Shown: positions 1-9,234 of the stretch, one piece after another
How positions within the stretch are numbered: position 1 is the stretch's first letter
Layout: the number at the start of each line of letters is the position of its first letter
Assembly: GCA_963605405.1 (NCBI GenBank)
Contig: CAVCUP010000011.1
Span: 11,270-75,269, forward strand
Length of the DNA: 64,000 bases
Direction of reading: 5' to 3'
DNA from: a bacterium
Lineage (GTDB): Bacteria > Actinomycetota > Coriobacteriia > Coriobacteriales > Atopobiaceae
Translations under genes and position numbers: made by a program
Notes under the pieces: model-generated
The model's database searches: none
What the model was told of the DNA's origin: nothing
The model's input: the letters and a program-made list of their open reading frames with translations, nothing else

Positions 1-176
1 AGGGCGCCCGAGCCCCACTTCTGTGCCTCGCCCATCTTTGCAAGATAGCCACCAACGGCGAAATAGAGCTGGAGCTGCTGCGCGTTTGCGCTCTTTGCCG
101 CGGCGTACTGCGCCTGGAGAATGGCGGCCTTGATGACCTCGACGGCATTGCCGTATGCGGAGATGTCCGACGCCAT
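1..176 (-). CDS. DUF1016/YhcG-like PD-(D/E)xK nuclease family protein, N-terminal fragment (continues past the left edge)
   Basis: My own reverse-complement translation from ATG 176..174 gives MASDISAYGNAVEVIKAAILQAQYAAAKSANAQQLQLYFAVGGYLAKMGEAQKWGSGAL. The ..N..L..LY..G......WGSG pattern matches my memory of YhcG/DUF1016 N-termini. The gene starts 2 nt after the hsdS stop. Confidence 0.5.
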   Translation of the reverse strand, partial: MASDISAYGNAVEVIKAAILQAQYAAAKSANAQQLQLYFAVGGYLAKMGEAQKWGSGA

Positions 177-178
177 GG

Positions 179-1432
179 CTAAACCTCCCGCTTGCCGGTG
201 ACGACCTCGTAGATGAGGGACTTCTTGTAGGCCTTGAGCTCCTCGATGATGGCTTGCTTGGCCTCGACCGCCTGGTCGATCTGGGCGCACTTCTCGTCCA
301 GGTAGTCCGCGATGCGGCGCTGCTCGGGCAAGGGCGGGAGCGGCACTGATATTTCCTTGATCTGCGACGTATTGACTCGGTCTCTCGTGGTTCCGTGGAG
401 ATTGCTCCGCAGAAAATGAAAGACCCTATTTGATGACAGGGCGTACTGGATGAACCTCATGTAGCAAAGCTCATCCTTTAGTCGCAGTCCCACACAGTCG
501 GCCTTGTTAACGGCATACTGAATGCCTTCTGGGAGAGAGGCTACCTGGACCTCTTTGGCAACAAAAGTAGCCATAATCAAGTCACCGGGAAGCACGGTAT
601 GACGGGCAATCGTTTCGTACTTCTCAGGCGAGACAAACGATTGCTTCGAATCATCAAAACGCATGTACTTAAGGTTTTCGAGCCTCACAACCCTAACGCC
701 GTCATCTATGTAATCGGCACTTTTGAGATGCGAACCAAAGGGCCCGTCAAAAATCCTCGTGCACAGGTGACGAAGTCGCCGACGGTCAGAATCAAGACCC
801 TCAACCGTATCTGTAATCAGCTGCTTCTCGTACGCCACATACTCCTCGACGGATTGCTCGGCGGAGGCGATGGCGCGGTCGATCTGGGCGCACCTCTCGT
901 CCAGGTAGTCCGCGATGCGGCGCTGCTCGTCGATGGGCGGCAGGGGGACGCGTATTCCGGCGAGCGCGTTGCCGGGAAGCTCGGCGAACGTCGTCCCGCG
1001 GCCCCACAGCGCCAGCTCCTCGTCGGCGGCCTGCATTACATAGAAATAGAAGCGAGAAGCGGCGCCGCGCGTCTTCCGGACAAGCACTTTACAGCCCTGG
1101 TTCGTGCAAAGAGGGGCGGCGGCGTAGCCCACCTTGCCGATCGGGGCACGTGTGGAAATCACGATGCTCCCCTCGGGCACCAAAGTGGTCCCGCACGACT
1201 CGTAGCCGCTCTCCGTAATGGAGCGCCTTCCCCTCCGAACGTCCGAGCCGGTCTCGAAGTCGGCGGGCGTAACCCACGCGATCCCGTCGCCCGATTCGTC
1301 CCAATAAGAGGGGTCCGACGAGGCGGGCGTCGCGCCGAGGACAATCTGGAATTCCCTATTTAGGGGCGCAACCCCCCACCCCTCAGGCACCTCGCCGAGC
1401 CACTCGACGCCGCTGTCCTTCATGGCGCGCAT
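179..1432 (-). CDS. hsdS: Type I restriction-modification specificity subunit HsdS (two TRDs)
   Basis: 417 aa. Two variable domains are separated by duplicated conserved regions PLPPIDEQRRIADYLDERCAQIDRAI and PLPPLPEQRRIADYLDEKCAQIDQAV. The gene lies 2 nt downstream of hsdM. Confidence 0.9.
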   Translation of the reverse strand: MRAMKDSGVEWLGEVPEGWGVAPLNREFQIVLGATPASSDPSYWDESGDGIAWVTPADFETGSDVRRGRRSITESGYESCGTTLVPEGSIVISTRAPIGKVGYAAAPLCTNQGCKVLVRKTRGAASRFYFYVMQAADEELALWGRGTTFAELPGNALAGIRVPLPPIDEQRRIADYLDERCAQIDRAIASAEQSVEEYVAYEKQLITDTVEGLDSDRRRLRHLCTRIFDGPFGSHLKSADYIDDGVRVVRLENLKYMRFDDSKQSFVSPEKYETIARHTVLPGDLIMATFVAKEVQVASLPEGIQYAVNKADCVGLRLKDELCYMRFIQYALSSNRVFHFLRSNLHGTTRDRVNTSQIKEISVPLPPLPEQRRIADYLDEKCAQIDQAVEAKQAIIEELKAYKKSLIYEVVTGKREV

Positions 1433-1434
1433 AG

Positions 1435-3231
1435 CTACCGCACCTCGCCAAAGAGGGCCTCGAGGCTCTGCTCGAGGGTCTTCTCGTGCTCGAGGATGCG
1501 CTTCGCGATCGTGTCGGAAGGCTCGAGCTCGGCGTACTTGTAGAACACGCGCGTAAAGGGGATGGTGTAGCCCACCTTGGTCTTCTTCTTGTCCACCCAG
1601 GCGCGCGGGTTGTAGGGGCGCACCTCACGCTCGATGTAGGCGTCGATGTCCTGAGCCAGCGGAATGTCCTCGGTGTCCTCCTTGGACTTGTCGGCCTGCA
1701 TCTGGCCGCGCTTGTTGAGCACGGGCTCGCCGTCCTCGCTCAGCACGGGGCTCTGGACGCACACGCGGTTGAAGCCGAACTCGACCGTCTCCATGAGGCG
1801 CGCCTCCACGGAGGCCTCCTGGCCGCTCTCGCCCGTAGCGGTCCAGGTACCGTCACGGTACTCGGAGTAGGCGCGCACGATGAGGTCGCGGCAGGCCTTG
1901 GTAATGTCGTTCTTCTTGTAGCCGATGCCCTTACGGCGCTTCTCGAAGCACTTCGAGGCGTCGATGAGCAGCACGCGGTCGCGGTGCTCGGGCGCCTTGC
2001 CCTTGCAAAAGAGCCACACGTAGGTGGCGATGCCCGTGTTGTAGAACGAGTCGCAGGGCAGCTGCACGATGGCGTCGAGCAGGTCGTTCTCCAGCACGTA
2101 GCGGCGGATGCTGTCCTCGCCGCTGCCGGGCTTGCCCTTGTAGAGCGGGCTCGCGTCCTGGATGATGGCCATCACGCCGTCGTCCTTGAGCTTGGAGAGG
2201 CCGTTCAGCACGAAGAGCATCTGGCCGTCGTTCTTGGCCGGGAGCTTCTCCACCGGGAAGCGGCCGCCGCCCGGCGTCTTAAACTCGGCCTCCACGGCCT
2301 CGGCCTGCGGGTTCCACGGGTCGCCGAAGGGCGGGTTCGAGATGCAGTAGTCGAAGCGGAAGCCGCTGAACTTGTCTGCGGAGAGCGTGTCGCCGAAGCG
2401 CATGTTCGTGTCGTCCTCGCCGCGGATGAGGGCGCTCGCCTTAGCGATGCCGTAGGTAAAGGGGTTGAACTCCTGGCCGTAGAGCGTGACGTGCGCGTCG
2501 GTGTCGAGCTGACGCAGGCGCTCCTCGGTGCAGCCGAGCATCTGGGAGGTGCCCATGGTCTGGTCGTAGACGGTCTTTGTGATGCGGTCGCCGTCGAAGA
2601 CGTGCGGGTCTGCGGCGATGAGCAGGTCGGTCATGAGGTAGACGATGTCCCGGCTGGTAAAGTGGGCGCCCGCGTCCTCGTCGTAGGACTCGGAGAAGCG
2701 CTGGATAAGGTTCTCGAAGATGTAGCCCATGTCCACCGCGGCGATCTTGTCGGGGGACATATCGGCCTGGGGCTTGCAGAAGTCGCAGACCACCTGGTAG
2801 AGCAGCGGGGCGTCGGGGTCGCAGAGGCGCTCGATCTGGTCGGAGAACTTCATGCGGGCGAGGATGTCCTGGACGTTCTCGGAGAAGCCGTTGATGTAGT
2901 CGCGGAAGTTGTCCTCGATGTTCGCCGGGTCGGCCTTGAGGGTCTCGAAGGTGAACTTCGAAGTGTTGTAGAAGGGGTAGCCCGAGGCGTCGCGCAGAAA
3001 GCCGTCCTTGACGGCGAGGTTCTTGTACTTCTCGTTTGCGGCGAGCACGGCGTCGTGGGTGGGCGCCAGGCAGTCGTGGAAGCGCTTGATCACCGTCATG
3101 GGCAGGATAACCAGACCGTACTCATGCGGCTTGTAGGGCCCGCGCAGGGTATCGGCCACGCTCCAGATGAGCGAGGCCTTCTCCTGGATATTGACACCGA
3201 CGGCACGGATCAGGTCGTCGCTCGTGGGCAT
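1435..3231 (-). CDS. hsdM: Type I restriction-modification N6-adenine DNA methyltransferase subunit HsdM
   Basis: 598 aa. It has an HsdM N-terminal-type region (LIWSVADTLRG), the catalytic NPPF motif (CISNPPFG) and a large gamma-class MTase layout. It is adjacent to hsdS. Confidence 0.92.
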   Translation of the reverse strand: MPTSDDLIRAVGVNIQEKASLIWSVADTLRGPYKPHEYGLVILPMTVIKRFHDCLAPTHDAVLAANEKYKNLAVKDGFLRDASGYPFYNTSKFTFETLKADPANIEDNFRDYINGFSENVQDILARMKFSDQIERLCDPDAPLLYQVVCDFCKPQADMSPDKIAAVDMGYIFENLIQRFSESYDEDAGAHFTSRDIVYLMTDLLIAADPHVFDGDRITKTVYDQTMGTSQMLGCTEERLRQLDTDAHVTLYGQEFNPFTYGIAKASALIRGEDDTNMRFGDTLSADKFSGFRFDYCISNPPFGDPWNPQAEAVEAEFKTPGGGRFPVEKLPAKNDGQMLFVLNGLSKLKDDGVMAIIQDASPLYKGKPGSGEDSIRRYVLENDLLDAIVQLPCDSFYNTGIATYVWLFCKGKAPEHRDRVLLIDASKCFEKRRKGIGYKKNDITKACRDLIVRAYSEYRDGTWTATGESGQEASVEARLMETVEFGFNRVCVQSPVLSEDGEPVLNKRGQMQADKSKEDTEDIPLAQDIDAYIEREVRPYNPRAWVDKKKTKVGYTIPFTRVFYKYAELEPSDTIAKRILEHEKTLEQSLEALFGEVR

Positions 3232-3233
3232 GG

Positions 3234-3440
3234 CTACTTCTCCTTCTTGGACAGGTACTCGATGAGGCTCGTCTTCACGAGGGACGTGAAGCTCACGCCG
3301 TTGAGTGCGGCCGCCTCCTTGGCGGCGTCGCGCATGTTCTTGGGGATGCGGATGGTCACGGCCACGTTCTCGCCGTCCACGAGAAAGCTCCTGAGCTCGC
3401 TCGCCTTGGCTTCTCCGTCGATAAGGTCGGCGTACTTCAT
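3234..3440 (-). CDS. Small ribbon-helix-helix (CopG/BrnA-antitoxin-like) protein, first gene of the R-M operon
   Basis: MKYADLIDGE...VTIRIPKNMRDAAKEAAALNGVSFTSLVKTSLIEYLSKKEK has the beta-strand/helix/helix pattern of RHH proteins. GGAGG lies 5 nt upstream of ATG 3440. The stop is 2 nt before the hsdM start. The ORF-track start at 3467 is probably too far upstream. Confidence 0.6.
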   Translation of the reverse strand: MKYADLIDGEAKASELRSFLVDGENVAVTIRIPKNMRDAAKEAAALNGVSFTSLVKTSLIEYLSKKEK

Positions 3441-3493
3441 GGGCACCTCCGTGATTGCATGATGCAATACAAAACTACGCCCCGGCCCGCCTG

Positions 3494-3529
3494 AACAAAA
3501 TAGCGGCCGTTTCGCTTAAAACGACCGCT
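3494..3529 (-). terminator. Intrinsic terminator after guaA
   Basis: Inverted repeat AGCGGCCGTTT/AAACGACCGCT (3502..3512 / 3519..3529, one mismatch), followed on the minus strand by AUUUUGUU. Confidence 0.55.
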
Positions 3530-3567
3530 TTACCTGCTGTTATATCGCTAGGGCGAACATCTTTTCG

Positions 3568-5169
3568 CTATTCCCACTCGATCGTCGCGGGGGGCTTCGA
3601 CGTGATGTCGTAGCAGACGCGGTTGGCGCCCGGCACCTCGGCGACGATGCGGCCGGAAATCTTGGCCAGCACGTCGTAGGGCAGCTTGGCCCAGTCGGCG
3701 GTCATGGCATCGCTCGACTCAACGGCGCGCAGGATAATCGGGCGCTGGTAGGTGCGCTCGTCGCCCATGACGCCCACGGACTTGATGTCGGGCAGCACGG
3801 CGAAGTACTGCCAGCAGGAGTGCTCGGAGTTGCGGTCGCCGGTCTGCTTGTACAGGCGCTCGTTGTAGGCGTCGAGCTCCTCACGCACGATGGCGTCGGC
3901 GTTCTTGAGGATCTCGAGCTTCTCCTTGTCCACCGCGCCGATGATGCGGATGGCCAGGCCCGGGCCCGGGAACGGCTGGCGGAACACGATGTGCGCGGGC
4001 AGGCCCAGCGCCAGGCCCAGCTCGCGGACCTCGTCCTTAAAGAAGTGGTCCAGCGGCTCGATGAGGTCGAAGTGCACGCCCTCGGGGAACGGGATCAGGT
4101 TGTGGTGGCTCTTGATGGTGCTCGCCTTGCCGCCCGTCTTGCGCGCGCCGGACTCGATGATGTCGGGGTAGATGGTGCCCTGGGCCAGGTACTTCACGGG
4201 CTTGCCGTCGCACTCGAGCTGCTGCGCGACCGCGAAGAACTCCTTCCAGAACTGCGTGCCGATGATGCGGCGCTTCTCCTCAGGCTCGGTCACGCCGGCG
4301 AGAAGCTCGGCGTAGCGGTCCTCGGCGTGGACGTGGATGAAGTCGACGTCGAACTGCTTGGTAAAGACCTCCTCCACCTGCTCGGGCTCGTTCTTGCGCA
4401 GCAGGCCGTGGTTAATAAAGACACAGGTCATCTGCTTGCCGATGGCGCGCGCTCCGAGGGCAGCCACCACGGAGGAGTCGACGCCGCCGGAAAGGGCGAG
4501 AATGACGCGGTCCTCGCCGACCTTCTCGCGGAACTCGGCCGTCATGGTCTCAACCAGGTTGTCCATCGACCAGTTCTTCTCGAGGCCGCAGATATCGAAC
4601 AGGAAGTTGGAGAGGATCTGCTGGCCGTGCTCGGTGTGCTTGACCTCGGGGTGGAACTGGGTGGTGTAGATCTTCTTCTCGAGGTTCTCCATGGCCGCGA
4701 CCGGGCAGACCTTGGTCTTGGCGGTGACGACGAAGCCCTCGGGCACGTCGCAGACGGCGTCGAAGTGGCTCATCCACACGGTCTGCTTGAGCGGGGTGTT
4801 GTTAAAGAGCGCGGAATCGGCGGCGCGCTCGATCTCGGCGTGGCCGTACTCGCCCACCTCGGGGTGGAAGACCTTGCCGCCCAGCGTGACGGCGGTGATC
4901 TGGTGGCCATAGCAGAAGCCGAGCACCGGCACGCCCATCTCGTAGATGGCCGGGTCGACGCGCGGGGCATCGGGCTCGTTGACGGAGGCGGGGCCGCCCG
5001 AGAGGATGATCGCCGACGGCTTCATGGCCGCGAGCTCATCGGCCGGGATGTCGCAGGGGACGATCTCCGAGTAGACGTTGAGGTCGCGCACGCGGCGCGC
5101 GATGAGTTGCCCGTACTGGGCGCCAAAGTCGAGAACGGCGACGAACTGCTTGGGCTGAGCCTCGGTCAT
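3568..5169 (-). CDS. guaA: GMP synthase (glutamine-hydrolysing)
   Basis: 533 aa. It has an N-terminal GATase domain (GFCYGHQ), an ATP-PPase P-loop (SGGVDSSV) and the typical C-terminal ...PPATIEWE. Confidence 0.97.
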   Translation of the reverse strand: MTEAQPKQFVAVLDFGAQYGQLIARRVRDLNVYSEIVPCDIPADELAAMKPSAIILSGGPASVNEPDAPRVDPAIYEMGVPVLGFCYGHQITAVTLGGKVFHPEVGEYGHAEIERAADSALFNNTPLKQTVWMSHFDAVCDVPEGFVVTAKTKVCPVAAMENLEKKIYTTQFHPEVKHTEHGQQILSNFLFDICGLEKNWSMDNLVETMTAEFREKVGEDRVILALSGGVDSSVVAALGARAIGKQMTCVFINHGLLRKNEPEQVEEVFTKQFDVDFIHVHAEDRYAELLAGVTEPEEKRRIIGTQFWKEFFAVAQQLECDGKPVKYLAQGTIYPDIIESGARKTGGKASTIKSHHNLIPFPEGVHFDLIEPLDHFFKDEVRELGLALGLPAHIVFRQPFPGPGLAIRIIGAVDKEKLEILKNADAIVREELDAYNERLYKQTGDRNSEHSCWQYFAVLPDIKSVGVMGDERTYQRPIILRAVESSDAMTADWAKLPYDVLAKISGRIVAEVPGANRVCYDITSKPPATIEWE

Positions 5170-5266
5170 GCTTCCTCCGGTTAAGATCGAATGCGGGCGA
5201 TTGCGCTTGAATCTTTAGAATCATACGTTAAGGCGCGGTGGACTTTTTTGAACTCAGGGGGCTTTT

Positions 5267-6859
5267 TTGCCCACCTCCACGCCGCGAACACGGTCTTTAC
5301 GTAATATTGGACAGTCTGCAAAGTTCCGGTGGCCTCGAGGCCGCTCTGTTAGAAAGGGTCCCGTCTTGGCCGACCGCAGATCCCCCAGGTTCCGTTCAGA
5401 CACGCAGAACCGGCAGTCCCCAGAAGGCCAGCAGCGCGCCGCGAGCCCCAGCCACAGCCGTTCCGCCGGCGCCGAGGCCTACACAAAGAAGCGCAAGACC
5501 CGCAACCGCAAGGTCGCTGCGCGCGGCGTGGTCATCGGCGTGCTCGTGGTGCTTCTCGCCGCCGGCAGCGCGGTGGCGATGTACATGAACAGCATCAGCA
5601 CCAAGCTCACCGAGGGCCTCGACCAAGAGACCAAGAGCATGCTCTCCGAGAGCATCCAGTACGACGACCCCTTCTACATGCTGCTTCTTGGCGTCGATAA
5701 GTCCGAAGAGCGCATGAACTCGGACGAGTACGGCTCCAGCGACTCGAACTTCCGCTCCGACTCCATCATCCTGGCGCGCGTCGACCCCAAGGGCCAGCAG
5801 ATCACGCTCATCTCTCTGCACCGCGACACCATGACGGACATGTCCGACATGAACGCCGGCACGCAGAAGCTCAACGCGGCCTACTCCCTTGGCGGGCCCA
5901 GCTACATGATCAAGTGCGTCGAGAAGCTCTGCGGCGTGGACATCTCGCACTACGCCGAGGTCGACTTCGAGCAGTTCACGAGCATCGTGGACAGCATCGG
6001 CGGCGTGACCGTCGACCTGCCCATCGACATCCGCGACGACTACTCCGGCGCCGACTTCGACGCCGGCGAGCACACCCTGAACGGCGAGGAGGCCCTCGCG
6101 CTCGCCCGCAGCCGCCACGCCTACGACAACTACGGCGACGGCGACATCTACCGCGCGGCGAATCAGCGCATGCTCATCGCCGCCATCGCCAAGAAGGTCC
6201 TCACCCTCGACGTGGCCAGCATGACCAGCGCCGTCTCCACCCTGGCCGGTGGCGTGACCACCGACATCAGCCTCCCCGACATCCTCGGCCTCGCCGTGCA
6301 GTTCAAGAACATCGACTTCGACAACAACGTGTACTCAGCGATGGAGCCGACCTCGGGCTACTACACCAACAGCACCTGGTACGAAAAGATCGACGAGGCC
6401 GCATGGAACACCATGATGGAGCGCGTCCGCGAGGGTAAGGCGCCCTACGCCGAGGGCGAGAGCGACTCCACGAGCGGGCTTATCGGCACCATGTCCGGCA
6501 GCTCCGAGCTCACCACCTCCGGCGAGGGCTCCGGCACGGGCGACGTCGCGAGCGCCGATTCTTCGTCGACCGAAGCGGAGTACACCGGCACCGCGATCGT
6601 GGTCAACGTGAGCGGCGTTTCCGGCGCGGGCATCACCAAGAGCGAGGCGCTCGCCGCCGCCGGCTTCACGTCGGAGGCCACGAGCCTCTCCAACGACGCG
6701 ACCACGACGAAGGTCTATTACAACGGCTCGGCGGCCAAGGCCAAGGCCATCGGCGCCGCCAAGACGCTCGGGGTCTCTGAGTCCAACGTCGTCGAGAACA
6801 CGGGCGACTGGACGACGGATTACGACGTGGTCGTGATCCTCTGCTCCGACAAGGCCTAG
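5267..6859 (+). CDS. LytR-CpsA-Psr (LCP) family cell-wall polymer transferase with a C-terminal LytR_C domain
   Basis: It has a basic cytoplasmic tail, one TM segment (VVIGVLVVLLAAGSAVA), the LCP core (LLLGVDKSEER...RSDSIILARVDP...LISLHRDT) and a C-terminal LytR_C-like domain. The start (TTG at 5267) is uncertain. Confidence 0.85.
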   Translation: MPTSTPRTRSLRNIGQSAKFRWPRGRSVRKGPVLADRRSPRFRSDTQNRQSPEGQQRAASPSHSRSAGAEAYTKKRKTRNRKVAARGVVIGVLVVLLAAGSAVAMYMNSISTKLTEGLDQETKSMLSESIQYDDPFYMLLLGVDKSEERMNSDEYGSSDSNFRSDSIILARVDPKGQQITLISLHRDTMTDMSDMNAGTQKLNAAYSLGGPSYMIKCVEKLCGVDISHYAEVDFEQFTSIVDSIGGVTVDLPIDIRDDYSGADFDAGEHTLNGEEALALARSRHAYDNYGDGDIYRAANQRMLIAAIAKKVLTLDVASMTSAVSTLAGGVTTDISLPDILGLAVQFKNIDFDNNVYSAMEPTSGYYTNSTWYEKIDEAAWNTMMERVREGKAPYAEGESDSTSGLIGTMSGSSELTTSGEGSGTGDVASADSSSTEAEYTGTAIVVNVSGVSGAGITKSEALAAAGFTSEATSLSNDATTTKVYYNGSAAKAKAIGAAKTLGVSESNVVENTGDWTTDYDVVVILCSDKA

Positions 6860-6893
6860 GCCAGAGCGAGCGGGCATTGGCAAGAGAGGCGTT

Positions 6894-7988
6894 TTGAGTA
6901 TCCAGGACACAGACACGAAGGCCCGCGAGTGCGGGATACCGAACAAGCAATACGCCGCGGTGGCAGCAGGCTCGCTCGCCATCGCGGCGCTTTTGTGCGC
7001 GGGAATCCGAGCCGGGTACGCTCAAGCCGCCGTCGCCGAGCAGCAAGCCGCGGAGGCCGCAGCCTACGCGAGCCTCGAGGCGGAGGAAGGCGAGGCGGCC
7101 CAGCTCGAGGTCGCGCCCGAGACCGTGACGGACATGAGCGAGGCGCAAACAGCGGTCGAGGAGATTCTCGCTGCATGGGAAGACGGCAAGAAGAGCGCGG
7201 CGAATGCCAAGAGCAAGAGCGGCACGGCCAAAGGACAGTCCGCGCAATCTGCTGCCGAGGTAAACAAACCCGAGGTCGCGGTATGCGTGCACATGCTCGA
7301 CAACAGCGGCAGCTTCCAGATAAACGGCGACGACTCCATGTACTCCGCCTCGATGATCAAGCTGCTCGTGCTCGCGGAGTACCTCGACGAGGTCGATTCC
7401 GGCGAGCTCTCCCCCGACGACACGTACACGCTGAGGCGCGCTGACGTGGTGGGCGGCTCCGGAACCATGCAAAACGCCCGGCTAGGCACCGCATACACCC
7501 TCGACGATGTGGCGTACCTCATGGTGTCCGCAAGCGACAACGTGGCCACAAACGTCCTTATCGACCGCATGGGCCTCGAGAATATCCAGGAAAAGTGCTC
7601 CGAGCTCGGTCTCGAGGGGACGTCGCTCGTGCATAAATTGATGTCCACCGGCATCAACGACGGCCTCTCGAACATGATCAGCGCCAACGATGCGGCATTG
7701 ATCCTCGGCCGCATCGCCAACCGCACCCTCGCTTCAGAGGAGGCGTGTGAGCGCGCCGAGCACTACCTTCTTGCCCAAATAGACAACGAGGGTCTCGCCG
7801 AGGGACTGCCCGACTCGGTCGCCTTCGGCCACAAGACGGGCTCCCTTGACGACGCGCGTCACGACGGCGGCATCGTCTACGCAGAGAACCCCTACGTGAT
7901 AGTTGTTCTCACGCAGAACATCGACTACGACGAAGCGAACGACCTGATGGAAGAGATAAGCGCCGCCGTTTACGAGGCGCTCGGGTAG
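6894..7988 (+). CDS. Membrane-anchored serine hydrolase of the class A beta-lactamase / DD-peptidase fold
   Basis: It carries SxxK (SASMIK), SDN (SASDNVA) and KTG (HKTGSL) motifs and an N-terminal TM anchor. It starts at TTG with an AGAGAGG RBS. Confidence 0.8.
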   Translation: MSIQDTDTKARECGIPNKQYAAVAAGSLAIAALLCAGIRAGYAQAAVAEQQAAEAAAYASLEAEEGEAAQLEVAPETVTDMSEAQTAVEEILAAWEDGKKSAANAKSKSGTAKGQSAQSAAEVNKPEVAVCVHMLDNSGSFQINGDDSMYSASMIKLLVLAEYLDEVDSGELSPDDTYTLRRADVVGGSGTMQNARLGTAYTLDDVAYLMVSASDNVATNVLIDRMGLENIQEKCSELGLEGTSLVHKLMSTGINDGLSNMISANDAALILGRIANRTLASEEACERAEHYLLAQIDNEGLAEGLPDSVAFGHKTGSLDDARHDGGIVYAENPYVIVVLTQNIDYDEANDLMEEISAAVYEALG

Positions 7989-8035
7989 CGTAAAGGGACC
8001 GCCCCCTCCCCGCGTGCAATCGTGTTCTTAGGGAT

Positions 8036-8076
8036 GCGACCCCTCCGAGAATCATTCTCGAAGGGGTCGCTTTGTG
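8036..8076. terminator. Bidirectional hairpin between convergent genes
   Basis: GCGACCCCTcCGAGAAT-c-ATTCTCGaAGGGGTCGC followed by TTTGTG. It lies between the serine hydrolase (+) and ychF (-). Confidence 0.6.
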
Positions 8077-8143
8077 AAGAGATTGCCCTAGGCTGTCTGC
8101 GGCCTGCGGTCGGCGGATGCCGTCCTGCAGATGCCGCCCGGAG

Positions 8144-9220
8144 CTAAACGTTGAAGCGGAAGTGCATGACGTCGCCGTCGGCCACGACGTAGTCCTTGCC
8201 CTCGATGCGCAGCTTACCGGCGTTCTTGCAGCCAGCCTCGCCGCCGAGCTCGACGTAGTCCTCGAAGCTCGCGACCTCGGCCTTGATGAAGCCGCGCTCG
8301 AAGTCGGAGTGGATGACGCCTGCGGCCTCGGGGGCCTTCGCGCCGATGCGCACGGTCCAGGCCTTGACCTCCATCTCGCCGGCGGTGAAGTAGCTCTGCA
8401 GGCCCAGCAGGCGGTAGGCGGCCTGCGCCAGGGTCTCGAGACCGGACTTCTCCAGGCCCAGGTCGGCCAGGTACTCGGCGGCTTCCTCGGCGTCGAGCTC
8501 GGAGAGCTCCGCCTCGACCTTCGCGCAGATGGGAATGGGCGTCACGCCGTCGATAGCGGCCGGGGTCTCGCCGAGCTGATCCTCGTCGACGTTGGCCACC
8601 ATGAGAATGGGCTTCATGGTGAGGAGGAAGAGGCCCTTGGCCGCGGCGCGCTCCTCGTCGGTCATCTCCATGGTGGCGGCGCGCCTGCCGTCGTTGAGCC
8701 AGGCCTGGAGGCGCTTGGCCACGTTGAGCTTGGGCTGAAGCTCCTTATCGCGCTTGGCCTCCTTCTCGAGCTTGGGCAGCTGCTTCTCGAGCGTGCCGAG
8801 GTCGGCGAGGATGAGCTCGGTCATGATGGTATCGGCGTCGCCGGCCGGATCGACGAACTCGCCTGTGCGGCCGACCTCGCGCATGACGTTCGGGTCGCTA
8901 AAGTAGCGCACGACCTCGCAGATGGCGTCGGTCTCGCGGATGTTCGCGAGGAACTGGTTGCCGAGGCCCTCGCCCTCGTTGGCGCCCTTGACCAGGCCCG
9001 CGATGTCCACGAACTCAACGGTGGCCGGCACGATGCGGCCCGGGTGCACGATGTCGGCGAGCGCCTGCAGGCGGTCGTCGGGCACGTCGACGATGCCCAC
9101 GTTGGGGTCGATGGTCGCGAAGGGGTAGTTGGCCGCGAGGCCGCCCTTCTTGGTGAGCGCGGTAAAGAGGGTCGACTTGCCGACGTTGGGCAGGCCGACG
9201 ATTCCGATGGAGAGAGACAC
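8144..9220 (-). CDS. ychF: Redox-regulated ribosome-binding ATPase YchF
   Basis: 358 aa. It has the G1 motif [12 protein letters not shown], a TGS-like C-terminus and the ending ...[11 protein letters not shown]. Confidence 0.96.
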   Translation of the reverse strand: MSLSIGIVGLPNVGKSTLFTALTKKGGLAANYPFATIDPNVGIVDVPDDRLQALADIVHPGRIVPATVEFVDIAGLVKGANEGEGLGNQFLANIRETDAICEVVRYFSDPNVMREVGRTGEFVDPAGDADTIMTELILADLGTLEKQLPKLEKEAKRDKELQPKLNVAKRLQAWLNDGRRAATMEMTDEERAAAKGLFLLTMKPILMVANVDEDQLGETPAAIDGVTPIPICAKVEAELSELDAEEAAEYLADLGLEKSGLETLAQAAYRLLGLQSYFTAGEMEVKAWTVRIGAKAPEAAGVIHSDFERGFIKAEVASFEDYVELGGEAGCKNAGKLRIEGKDYVVADGDVMHFRFNV

Positions 9221-9234
9221 GCGGGGCTCCTAAC

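Noticed and set aside
1486-3462. 658-aa plus-strand ORF antisense to hsdM
   Set aside because: It is a low-complexity L/V/G/A/E/H-rich translation typical of the antisense frame of a high-G+C gene, and the opposite strand has a convincing HsdM. The same reasoning applies to 599..1363, 3820..5184, 8117..9499, 16323..17507, 24288..25355, 25467..26330, 26579..27403, 28554..29489, 31356..32669, 33160..33927, 36688..38415, 45558..46592, 50171..52096, 52521..53843, 53209..54255, 54360..55337, 55508..56767, 56957..57703, 58701..59384, 59365..60522 and 60666..62705.
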